Positions 18,836 through 27,576 of a stretch of DNA of 64,000 bases are shown piece after piece. Both the position numbers and the translations under genes were made by a program. The stretch's first letter is position 1, and each line of letters starts with the position of its first letter. Location: the NCBI GenBank assembly GCA_965208325.1, contig OZ242326.1:1248001-1312000 (forward strand), given 5' to 3'. The notes under the pieces were generated by a model. It searched no databases, was not told the origin of the DNA, and worked only from the letters and a program-made list of their open reading frames with translations. The DNA is from Candidatus Poribacteria bacterium. GTDB taxonomy: Bacteria > Poribacteria > WGA-4E > PCPOR2b.

Positions 18836-20590
18836 GTGGCTAAGCATCAGGTTGTATCCATTGACATTGGCGCAAGCGCAGTTAAATTATCGCAGCTAGA
18901 GCAAACGCCGGCAGGGCTGCAATTGGTTAGTGCAGGAATAGAACAGTACACGCAAGATAACCCCACGGGGGAGATTGACGACAAGACGATTCAACAGACG
19001 TTGCAGAAACTCTGGAAGAGAATACTAGGACGAAAAAAAATTCCAGTCGTCTTATCCATTCCCAGGCTGGTGGTGACTTCACGGCGTTTAACTAACCTGC
19101 CAGATGCCGTGACTGACGATCAGCTCCCAAGTCTTGTTGCTATCCAAGCGGAAACTGAATTGCCATTCTCGCCGGAACAAGCCGTCTTCGATTATCATGA
19201 TGTGCGTCGTGACGGCGAGACCGGGGTGTCCGTGGAACTCATTGCAGCGCGGCGGGACGCGGTACAAAAACAGATAGATTATCTGCAACCACTTGGACTT
19301 CTGCCAAGGGCGATGTTGCCTTCGACGTTAGCAATTTGTGTGTTGGCGGGCATGGAACTCAACGGTAATTCGTCCGATCAGCGAATATTGGTCGTGGATA
19401 TTGGGGCAAGCCGGACGGATTTGTGTGTTATGCGAGGGAACCTCCTTCAGTTTTCGCGGAGTTTTCCTACCGGTGGAGATTCATTAACGCGCTACTACCA
19501 AAGTGAAACAGGTGACGACTTTGGGAACGCTGAACGTAATAAGATTGGTAACGCTGAGCTAAACGGGCGGTCTCAAAGCGCAACACCTACTTATGTATGG
19601 GCGAAAGAATTCATTACTGAACTGAAACGGTCGATTGGCGCGGCAAGCCGGGAACTCGATTTGACGGCGAGTGAACTCGTCCGTGAAATCTGGTTATGCG
19701 GCGGAGGTGCCCGAATCTCCGGCTTTTCGACTTACGTCGCTGCTCAACTGCAAATTCCCGCACGTATATGGAACCCACTCGACGTACTGAGGTCTTCAAT
19801 CCCCAATCAATCCTTGGAAAATCTGGATGAATTACAGCCGAACCGCCAATCTAATGAGGGTTTTGGAAGCGGTCTAGCAGTGTCGCTGGGGCTCGGCGTG
19901 AATGCCCTAACTCGTCAGATTACGCTCGATCTCCTTCCAAAAGAAGAAAAAGCTAAGCTCACGCAAGCGGAAAGAAAGTCGCAGATGCTCTTGGGTATCG
20001 CCGCAGGAGCGGTACTGCTCTTTGGGTTGGTGCTAGGTGGGTTGACATGCCGCGCATCCCACCAATCGAAAATCGATGACTTGGACGACGAGATTCGAAG
20101 TATAAAAGGGGCGGAATCTCGCGCAAAAAATGCATTAGTCAAAAATCTGGCAATAGCCGACCAATTGACGCCTCGCAATTCGCCCTTAGATATTTTCCGT
20201 GAATTTAGCCTCCGCTTCGCCAATCGCACAAAAATCGCCTGGACAACTTTGAACATTAGTCATCTTGATGATCCCGATAGAGCGAAGATTGTGTTTAGTG
20301 TTGAAGCTAGCTCCCATCAAGAAATTAGCAAAATGCTCAGCGACATGGCGCAATCTGGGTTGGTCAAGGACATTAAATCCGGACAGATTACAAGTGTCGA
20401 ACGTGACAAAAAACAGATATCCCAGGTGCAGGTGACTTGCAGCCTGTCACCGCAATCTGCGCGACTGTTTGCTCAAGCGCGGCACGTCCAGCCGGGTGAG
20501 GGGCAGATTGAGAAAGAAGACACGGATATTTGGTCAGAAAAAGAAGAAAAACAGTCTGAACCGGCAGAAGACGACAACAACGAAAAATAA
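18836..20590 (+). CDS. PilM-PilN fusion (GspL-like)
   Basis: Actin-like motifs SIDIGASAVK, VVDIGASRT, IWLCGGGA; then LDLLP, one TM segment and a coiled periplasmic domain. Confidence 0.85.
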   Translation: MAKHQVVSIDIGASAVKLSQLEQTPAGLQLVSAGIEQYTQDNPTGEIDDKTIQQTLQKLWKRILGRKKIPVVLSIPRLVVTSRRLTNLPDAVTDDQLPSLVAIQAETELPFSPEQAVFDYHDVRRDGETGVSVELIAARRDAVQKQIDYLQPLGLLPRAMLPSTLAICVLAGMELNGNSSDQRILVVDIGASRTDLCVMRGNLLQFSRSFPTGGDSLTRYYQSETGDDFGNAERNKIGNAELNGRSQSATPTYVWAKEFITELKRSIGAASRELDLTASELVREIWLCGGGARISGFSTYVAAQLQIPARIWNPLDVLRSSIPNQSLENLDELQPNRQSNEGFGSGLAVSLGLGVNALTRQITLDLLPKEEKAKLTQAERKSQMLLGIAAGAVLLFGLVLGGLTCRASHQSKIDDLDDEIRSIKGAESRAKNALVKNLAIADQLTPRNSPLDIFREFSLRFANRTKIAWTTLNISHLDDPDRAKIVFSVEASSHQEISKMLSDMAQSGLVKDIKSGQITSVERDKKQISQVQVTCSLSPQSARLFAQARHVQPGEGQIEKEDTDIWSEKEEKQSEPAEDDNNEK

Positions 20591-20601
20591 GGTGACCGTA
20601 G

Positions 20602-22131
20602 GTGAAAAAATTTACCAAGCGTGAAAAAGTACTGCTGGTGCTTGTTGCCTTTGTTGTTGGCGTCATTTTAATCGTGCAGCTTGGACGTTTAGCTCGTCAA
20701 GGGTTTTCAGGAGGAACGTTGGCTGATAAACGCAGCGCTCTGCAGACCGCTCGCAAATTGGTTTCCCTTTCCGAAATAATCGAACGAATTGACGGAAAAC
20801 TTCTGGAGAATGTCGGTCTTCAGGGACAGATTATCTCCGATTCCTTATATGATGTACTCTCAAGTCAGATTGACCTAGACGACCTTAATCGTGCGCAGCG
20901 CGAGTCCGATCTGGCAGTTTTGCACCCCGCTCTTGGTGGAAAAGCAGATTCCCTAATTGCGCATAAGAATCGGAATGGCGATTTCGAGAGTTTAGATGCG
21001 TTGAAAAAGGTGCGGGGCCCCATTTTTGAGGGAGAGCAGCCTGAGGCGGTGATATCACGGCGAATTGCTATTCTTGCTGGGAAAGCGGGGCTCCGGCCGA
21101 ACTATCAACTGAACATGAAGGCTAGACCGGGCAGGAATACGGAGGCGATTACATCTCATGTGAAAAGAAGTCTCGTGGTTTATTTATACAATAGTGAATT
21201 AAACGAGGAATTAACACAGTTACTAGCGCCGCAGAAAGCAATTGAGGAAGAAAGCAATACCGGAATGGCGGAGATGGATGAGGAGGTATCGGACGCAATG
21301 CTTGATGCATGGCTGAATGATGATAAATCTGATGCGGGGAAATCAGAAGCAATGGAAAACGCCGCGGCGGACAAACCGCAGACAAAGGGAGAATTGAACG
21401 ATATTTCCGCGGAAAATCGAGATGTAGAATCGAATTTGTCTAACGGAACCGAAGAAAATTCTCCATCGTATCAAGCTTCTCAGTTAGTGACTTCTACCAC
21501 GAGCAAGAGTGAAAATGCCGCACAGCCGACGCCATCTAATCGTCAGTTCATTCCATTGCCTGCAGTCATCGATTTACGGGTGCGTATTCAGCTAATCCAA
21601 TTTATACAACACAACTTAAAACTTGAGTTGGCAGGTGCCGCAGAATTTAAGGGAGGATTTGTTGCAAATGAAATTGCTTCCGCGTTAGACGTGGCGCAGG
21701 GCAAGTTTTTTGGGTTTAGTTCAAAACGGCAGACAGTAAGAGTTCAGTTAAGACCGGATAGCGAACTGCGGCTAAAACTTTGGGAATTGGTCAATCGGCG
21801 TGAAAGCGAACAGGGCATGATTGAAGGCGAGATTGCAGAATCAATCAATTTTGATGAACAACTAATTGCACTCACCGCATACGTCGCGGACATTCAACAG
21901 CGTATAGAGGAACTGCTAGGAGTGTTGGCAAAAGTCCCTTCAACCTACCAGCCGGAAAAATATATTGTTGAAATGAACTTCAAAGGCGAAATGGGTAAAA
22001 TTGTCGAGCTAATTCGATTAATCGAATCGTCATCAAGATGGTTGTTCGTCAGAGATCTCAGGATATCCATCGCGGACAGGAAGGAAACAGTGCTCAGTGC
22101 TGATTTGTCCATGATTGCAAAGGTGTTTTGA
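20602..22131 (+). CDS. GspM/PilO-position protein with internal HhH-like unit and acidic linker
   Basis: N-terminal TKREKVLL plus TM; C-terminal VEMNFKGEMGKIVELIRLIESSSRWLFVRDLRI is PilO/GspM-like. Confidence 0.7.
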   Translation: MKKFTKREKVLLVLVAFVVGVILIVQLGRLARQGFSGGTLADKRSALQTARKLVSLSEIIERIDGKLLENVGLQGQIISDSLYDVLSSQIDLDDLNRAQRESDLAVLHPALGGKADSLIAHKNRNGDFESLDALKKVRGPIFEGEQPEAVISRRIAILAGKAGLRPNYQLNMKARPGRNTEAITSHVKRSLVVYLYNSELNEELTQLLAPQKAIEEESNTGMAEMDEEVSDAMLDAWLNDDKSDAGKSEAMENAAADKPQTKGELNDISAENRDVESNLSNGTEENSPSYQASQLVTSTTSKSENAAQPTPSNRQFIPLPAVIDLRVRIQLIQFIQHNLKLELAGAAEFKGGFVANEIASALDVAQGKFFGFSSKRQTVRVQLRPDSELRLKLWELVNRRESEQGMIEGEIAESINFDEQLIALTAYVADIQQRIEELLGVLAKVPSTYQPEKYIVEMNFKGEMGKIVELIRLIESSSRWLFVRDLRISIADRKETVLSADLSMIAKVF

Positions 22132-22136
22132 CCGCC

Positions 22137-22967
22137 ATGAAAAGACACTTGCTTTTATACATTGCCCTTGCATTTTTCACCATTAGAATATTGCCCGTAA
22201 GCGGCGAGATGGACATACCCCCATTTGCGAAGGAGATACTTGAAAAACAAGGCATTTCAATATCCGACTTACACAAAGATCCGGAACTTCGAAAAAAATG
22301 GTTGAGAAAATTCCGGGACATGGGAGGAAAAGAGCAAAACGATAAAGCACCAAAAGACGTTGGCGTAGATTTGAACCCTGACCCTCAATTCTATAAGGTC
22401 ATCACTGAAAACAACCTATTCCGTCCACTCGGATACCGCAAGGAAAAACCGGGACCGCCATTTGAACTTATTGCTACCGTCGTCAATCATGAATCTGCCG
22501 AAAGCAAAGCTTTAATCCGAAGCAATGCTGATCAGCAAGTCTATTATGTCGGCGTTGGTCAAGAGTTTGCCGGCGCAAAGGTTGAGTTGATTGAACCACT
22601 AAAAGTAATGGTTTTCCACCACGGGAAATCACAGGAATTTCGAGCTTTAACAGGAGGGTTTCTCGGAGGTGGGGGTCATGAGCGCAAACATCAGCAGCGG
22701 ACGGGCAACCGTGAAACTGCCGAAAAATCGGGGGGAAGAGATTCCAATTTTGGCCGCGGAGGCCGCGATTTTGAAGGTGTCGAACGAAAGCTCAGACATC
22801 TGCCGCCAGAAGAACGAAGGAAATTTATGCGTGAAATGATGCGAAAGCGGAGGGAAGCATCTGGAGGCAAACGTCGAGGGAATCGGGGCAAGGAACGTGC
22901 AGAAAAAGAGGATAGAGAGGACGAAGAGGAGAAGAAAGATGACGATCGCGACGGCGAGAAGAAGTAG
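22137..22967 (+). CDS. GspC-like protein with highly charged C-terminal tail
   Basis: NNLFRP...FELIATVV...ALIR...VGVGQEFAGAKVELI resembles the GspC HR domain; position directly before the secretin. Confidence 0.65.
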   Translation: MKRHLLLYIALAFFTIRILPVSGEMDIPPFAKEILEKQGISISDLHKDPELRKKWLRKFRDMGGKEQNDKAPKDVGVDLNPDPQFYKVITENNLFRPLGYRKEKPGPPFELIATVVNHESAESKALIRSNADQQVYYVGVGQEFAGAKVELIEPLKVMVFHHGKSQEFRALTGGFLGGGGHERKHQQRTGNRETAEKSGGRDSNFGRGGRDFEGVERKLRHLPPEERRKFMREMMRKRREASGGKRRGNRGKERAEKEDREDEEEKKDDDRDGEKK

Positions 22968-23190
22968 AAATAGTAGTTGCAATTAGCGGATGCTCGAGTA
23001 AACTGTAAATGTGGCACTCTCTTCATTGTGTCATTAGGAATTCAGAACGTAAGATATAGAAATCAATGCCGAAGGTTTTCCGTTTTTCGCCATACATACT
23101 TTGCACTAGGGTCGGGCTGAACATCCAAAGCTATTCCATACATTGATTAGACATTTGAAGTTATTTTAAAATTCAGTCTAGGGGTACTCC

Positions 23191-26100
23191 ATGAAAATGA
23201 ATTCCGAAGCAAATCAGAGGATAGAAAACTTCATATTCTTGGTACTAGCGGCAATTGGTACAGCGTGCACCGCCGGGTATGTAACGCATGCCTTGGGCGA
23301 AGAAGACAATCGGAAGGGGATGCAAGTCGCAGAACGGGATGAAGCCGGAACAGCCGTCAGATTCGACTTCGACTTCTCAAGTGGAGATTTGCAAAACCTA
23401 ATTAAGTTCATCAGCGAGGAAGCCGATCTCACGATTGTCGCCGCCGAAAACGACATCAAAGACAAGAAGTTTGCACTAACCAATCTCAGAAACGTGACAA
23501 TTGAGGAAACGCTGGAGGAAATCAAAACCGTATTATCACAGTACAATCTAACAATGATACGTACTAATAAAACAGTACTAATCACCACATTCAATAAAGC
23601 AGTACAGATGAAGGTGCCGGTCAAGCGTGTAACTGCAGATCCCAACCTGATTGAACCGACTGACGAAATCCAAACCTACATAATCCAGTTGAATAGCGCT
23701 ACTGCATCGGAGTTGGTAGGCGGTATTAAACCGTTACTGAACAGTGCGGCAAACATTTTCGCCGACGCAAACAGTAATTCGTTGATAATCACCGACCTCG
23801 CCTCCAATATTCGCAGGATTGTTACCATTTTGCAGGTCGCGGACGAAGATCCGGACGTACCGCTAAAGGTCGAGGTAATTCCATTGACCAATGCAACAGC
23901 CAGGTCCCTAGCACAAACCCTAAGCGAAGTGTTTCGCCAAGAAGAACAAGTTACAAATATACTCAGGAAAATGAGCTATACCAGCAATCCGGATGAAATG
24001 CGTGAGATGATGGAGAAAGCCAAGAACAGCGGCGCGGGAATTGACATGATTCGCGGCCGCATCCAGATTGCCGCAGACGAAAGTTCAAATTCGCTCATCA
24101 TTAAAGCGTCCGAGCCGAATCTTGTTGTGCTCAGGGAACTGATTCAGCAATTAGATACGGCACCCAGCGTCCAAACAGAAATGCGAATCTTCCGATTGAA
24201 ACACGCTATAGCTGAAGATATCGCTCAAACCCTCGAAGAAATCATTACCGGTCAAACCGCCGGGCGTCGTCCGGGCCGATACGCGAGTAGGTGGGAAAGA
24301 CGTGAATGGCAGAATCGGCGCAGTCGTTTACGCAAAGAGACCGCTGAACAGGAACATCAAGGCATTGTCGGGACGGTAAACATTGCATCGAGTGATCACT
24401 TGAATGCGGTGGTTATCGCCTCAGATCCGCGAAACTTCCCAATAATCGAAAAACTCATTACAGAACTCGACCAGTCCGACCCGCAAGAAGAGATTCGACT
24501 CTACTTTATGAAATTTGCACAAGCCGTGACAATAGCCCAGAATCTTCAAGATCTCTTTGAAGGCGGCAGCGCGGGGCGGGACCAAAACAGATCCTGGTGG
24601 GATCGGCAAGAACTTTCTCGGACAGATACATCCGGTTTTGGTATCCAGGGCCCTGTCCACCTTGTACCGGATGCACGCTTGAATGTATTGATGGTTTCCA
24701 CTGCGGAACAAAATTTTGAAACCATTGAGGATCTCATTAAACGCCTTGACGTGAGCATGCCGGACCAAGAATGGGCCACACGGCCTTATTTCTTGGAATA
24801 TGCAGACGCCGAGAATGTCGAGACCATTATCAACAACCTATACCGCCAGGGTAGCGGTACATCGCGCGTGTGGTGGATGCCTAATCAACCGAACCAAAAT
24901 CGGAGCGCGCTTGCCGGAAATGTGACAGCTGAGGCATACCCCACGCTGAATGCAGTCTTCATCTCAACCGCGACACAGCGTAATTTCGAACTCATTTGGG
25001 AGGTGATTAAGCAGATTGATGTGCCGACACCGGAAGCGCAGAAAGAAATTACAAAACCCATCCGGCTTGAATACGCCAACGCAGAACAGATAAAGGATGT
25101 GTTAAGCGAAGTATGGGAAGGTGATGATGACCGCCAAGGTTTCAGTTGGAGACGCTACTTCACGCGCGGTGGACGCGGTGAACAGAAAGATATCAATTCG
25201 CTGCGCGGTAAAGTCACCGTCTTTGCGGACCCAGACACCAATTCGCTCATCGTAACCACGGCTCAGCGCTATCTGCCGGATGTTGAAGCCCTGATTCGCG
25301 GCCTTGACTTCGTGCGCGGTCAAGTCTGGATCGACATCCAGATTCTTGAGGTGACGTTGGATGAAACCACGAAACTAGGCCTTGAATTGACTGCCCAAGA
25401 GAACAGGCTATTCGGTGAAGAACTGCGCGCTGGCAATCCCCTCGTCGGGGGTCTAGATACTAAATTCGCTCTTGATCAGGAAATTAGTGGTTTCACCTAC
25501 AGCGTGGCGACAAAAGAATACATGGCGCTTCTTCACACACTAATGCGGGAAAACAAAGTGAAGACGTTATCGACCCCTTCACTGCTAACGCGGGATAACC
25601 AAGAGGCGACGTGGAGCCGCGGGCGTTCGATACCGTATCTACAGAGTGTTGATACCAGAAGCCTTTTGGGTGAAACGGTCAATCAGCCGTTGTTCAATTA
25701 CGATTTCATTACGCCGCCTGTCGGTATCAACATCACGATTAAGCCCCACATTGCGAAGTCTAAAGCGGGACCAGACGGTAAACGCACCATAGGGTTGGAG
25801 ATTGTGCAAATCCAAGCCAGTAACTTTATTGAGTTTACAGACTTCAACGCGCCAATCACGGAAGATAGCTCAATCAGCGCTTACATTGACGTGGAGGACG
25901 GACAGAGAATTGTGGTAGGGGGAATGATTAAGCAAAAACAACAGAAAATTGAAAGTAAAATGCCGGTCTTGGGGGATATTCCATTTTTGGGCAATTTGTT
26001 CAGAAGAACAGAAACCGCGACGGAAAACTCTGAGATTGTAATCATTATCACGCCCCACATTATTGATATCAAAAATCCGAACGATCTCCGCAGGTTAGAA

Positions 26101-26205
26101 GAACAGGCAAAGGAGTGGCGTTCCAACAACAATAGTACGGCAATTGAACAAGAGCAAGGTGAAGGAGGTATCAGCGAAGAACCGATCGAGAAAACGGACA
26201 AGTAG
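23191..26205 (+). CDS. gspD: Secretin GspD with six N-domain repeats
   Basis: N0 (FDFSSGDLQNLIKFISE), six repeats of LxxAxA...N(S/A)(L/V), QVWIDIQILEV, LSTPSLLT, KMPVLGDIPFLGNLF, IIITPHII. Confidence 0.95.
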   Translation: MKMNSEANQRIENFIFLVLAAIGTACTAGYVTHALGEEDNRKGMQVAERDEAGTAVRFDFDFSSGDLQNLIKFISEEADLTIVAAENDIKDKKFALTNLRNVTIEETLEEIKTVLSQYNLTMIRTNKTVLITTFNKAVQMKVPVKRVTADPNLIEPTDEIQTYIIQLNSATASELVGGIKPLLNSAANIFADANSNSLIITDLASNIRRIVTILQVADEDPDVPLKVEVIPLTNATARSLAQTLSEVFRQEEQVTNILRKMSYTSNPDEMREMMEKAKNSGAGIDMIRGRIQIAADESSNSLIIKASEPNLVVLRELIQQLDTAPSVQTEMRIFRLKHAIAEDIAQTLEEIITGQTAGRRPGRYASRWERREWQNRRSRLRKETAEQEHQGIVGTVNIASSDHLNAVVIASDPRNFPIIEKLITELDQSDPQEEIRLYFMKFAQAVTIAQNLQDLFEGGSAGRDQNRSWWDRQELSRTDTSGFGIQGPVHLVPDARLNVLMVSTAEQNFETIEDLIKRLDVSMPDQEWATRPYFLEYADAENVETIINNLYRQGSGTSRVWWMPNQPNQNRSALAGNVTAEAYPTLNAVFISTATQRNFELIWEVIKQIDVPTPEAQKEITKPIRLEYANAEQIKDVLSEVWEGDDDRQGFSWRRYFTRGGRGEQKDINSLRGKVTVFADPDTNSLIVTTAQRYLPDVEALIRGLDFVRGQVWIDIQILEVTLDETTKLGLELTAQENRLFGEELRAGNPLVGGLDTKFALDQEISGFTYSVATKEYMALLHTLMRENKVKTLSTPSLLTRDNQEATWSRGRSIPYLQSVDTRSLLGETVNQPLFNYDFITPPVGINITIKPHIAKSKAGPDGKRTIGLEIVQIQASNFIEFTDFNAPITEDSSISAYIDVEDGQRIVVGGMIKQKQQKIESKMPVLGDIPFLGNLFRRTETATENSEIVIIITPHIIDIKNPNDLRRLEEQAKEWRSNNNSTAIEQEQGEGGISEEPIEKTDK

Positions 26206-26395
26206 CAACTGCCGACTGAATTCGCCTCGCATTGCACAGCTTAAATTTTATCGCGCTCGCATTATGTGCTCTCGGTAAACATTGGAGACGGCAGCTAATC
26301 TCGTTGTGTACTCCCGATTTGGTGTATACCATTTGAGTTCGTGAAAGGATGACATCGTACTGCGAAAATATAGCGCCTACCTTCCCGCCCTCCTT

Positions 26396-27541
26396 ATGGA
26401 TTTCTGTTTTAGCGCGGTTTTCACAAATACCGCATTCTATTCAAGCTACCTCCATCTCACTTCAACCTTTTTAGGTACGCTCACTGCGATTAGCACCGGC
26501 ATCTACGTTATTCTTGCCATTCCCTTCGGACGGCTCTCCGATCGAATTAACCGAACCCACAATCTCGCCGCGGGGTGCCTGTTACTCGCGATCCTTAGCT
26601 TTTCGCTTCCGTTCTGTTTCCGTAAGCTGCATCTAGCGTTGGTTTTTCCATGCGTTGGCGTGAGCCAAGCGTTATTTTGGCCAGCGTACGAAGCGTGGCT
26701 TGCTGAACGAGGAAGCGGCAGGCATTTGATTAAGCGGCTGCGGCTCTTCAACCTGTTTTGGAGTACCGGTATTACAGCCGGACCTGTAACTTCGAGTTAC
26801 CTGTATCGGGGAAAAAATCCGGTTATTCCATTCTATCTTGCCGGCGGTTTCAGCCTGCTAAATTGGTTCACCATTAACGCCCAGGCGAAGAAGCATCTAC
26901 ACGTAGAAAACCCTGCAAAGCCTACCTCAAGTCTCGAAAACACATGGGAGGAAACACAGCCGCCTCCTACAACGCAACGCATTTTTTTGCAGATTGCGCG
27001 GATTTCTAACTTTGCATCGTGGTTTTGCTTGGGCGTCTTGAGGCGCATCGCACCAAAATTAACGCTAGAAATGGGCATCTCTGCAAAGATGTTCGGCAAT
27101 CTTATGTTGACGCTGGGTGGTGTGCAAACCTTAACGTTTCTTTGGTTCGGCACGGATAACTCGACGCGATGGCATTACCGGTTAACCCCTCTGGTATGTG
27201 TGCAATTACTAGCAGTGATGGGGTTTGTGGGAATGTGGTGTTGGACGCACGCCGTAATTTGGGCGTTCGCTTTTGCATCTTTAGCAGTGTGTGCAGCCGT
27301 TACCTATTTCAGCAGTTTGTATTACAGTTTACATGAGGAGGAAAGCAAGGGTGACAAAAGTGGATGGCACGAAGCAATACTTGGGAGTGGAATCTTGTTG
27401 GGCCCCGTTCTGGGTGGGGTATTTGCAGATTCGACTTTGGGGATCAAGAGTCCCTATCTGCTTTGCGCCGGCGTAATTGCATTCTGCCTCTTCCTTGAAG
27501 GATTGAAACGGCTGCGGGCACCGGAATGCCGCATCAGCTAA
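26396..27541 (+). CDS. MFS transporter
   Basis: Multiple TM helices, motif A FGRLSDRINR; frame is open upstream to a possible CTG start at 26360. Confidence 0.85.
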   Translation: MDFCFSAVFTNTAFYSSYLHLTSTFLGTLTAISTGIYVILAIPFGRLSDRINRTHNLAAGCLLLAILSFSLPFCFRKLHLALVFPCVGVSQALFWPAYEAWLAERGSGRHLIKRLRLFNLFWSTGITAGPVTSSYLYRGKNPVIPFYLAGGFSLLNWFTINAQAKKHLHVENPAKPTSSLENTWEETQPPPTTQRIFLQIARISNFASWFCLGVLRRIAPKLTLEMGISAKMFGNLMLTLGGVQTLTFLWFGTDNSTRWHYRLTPLVCVQLLAVMGFVGMWCWTHAVIWAFAFASLAVCAAVTYFSSLYYSLHEEESKGDKSGWHEAILGSGILLGPVLGGVFADSTLGIKSPYLLCAGVIAFCLFLEGLKRLRAPECRIS

Positions 27542-27576
27542 CCTCTCCAGCGGGTTCCTCATCCTACCAAATTCTC

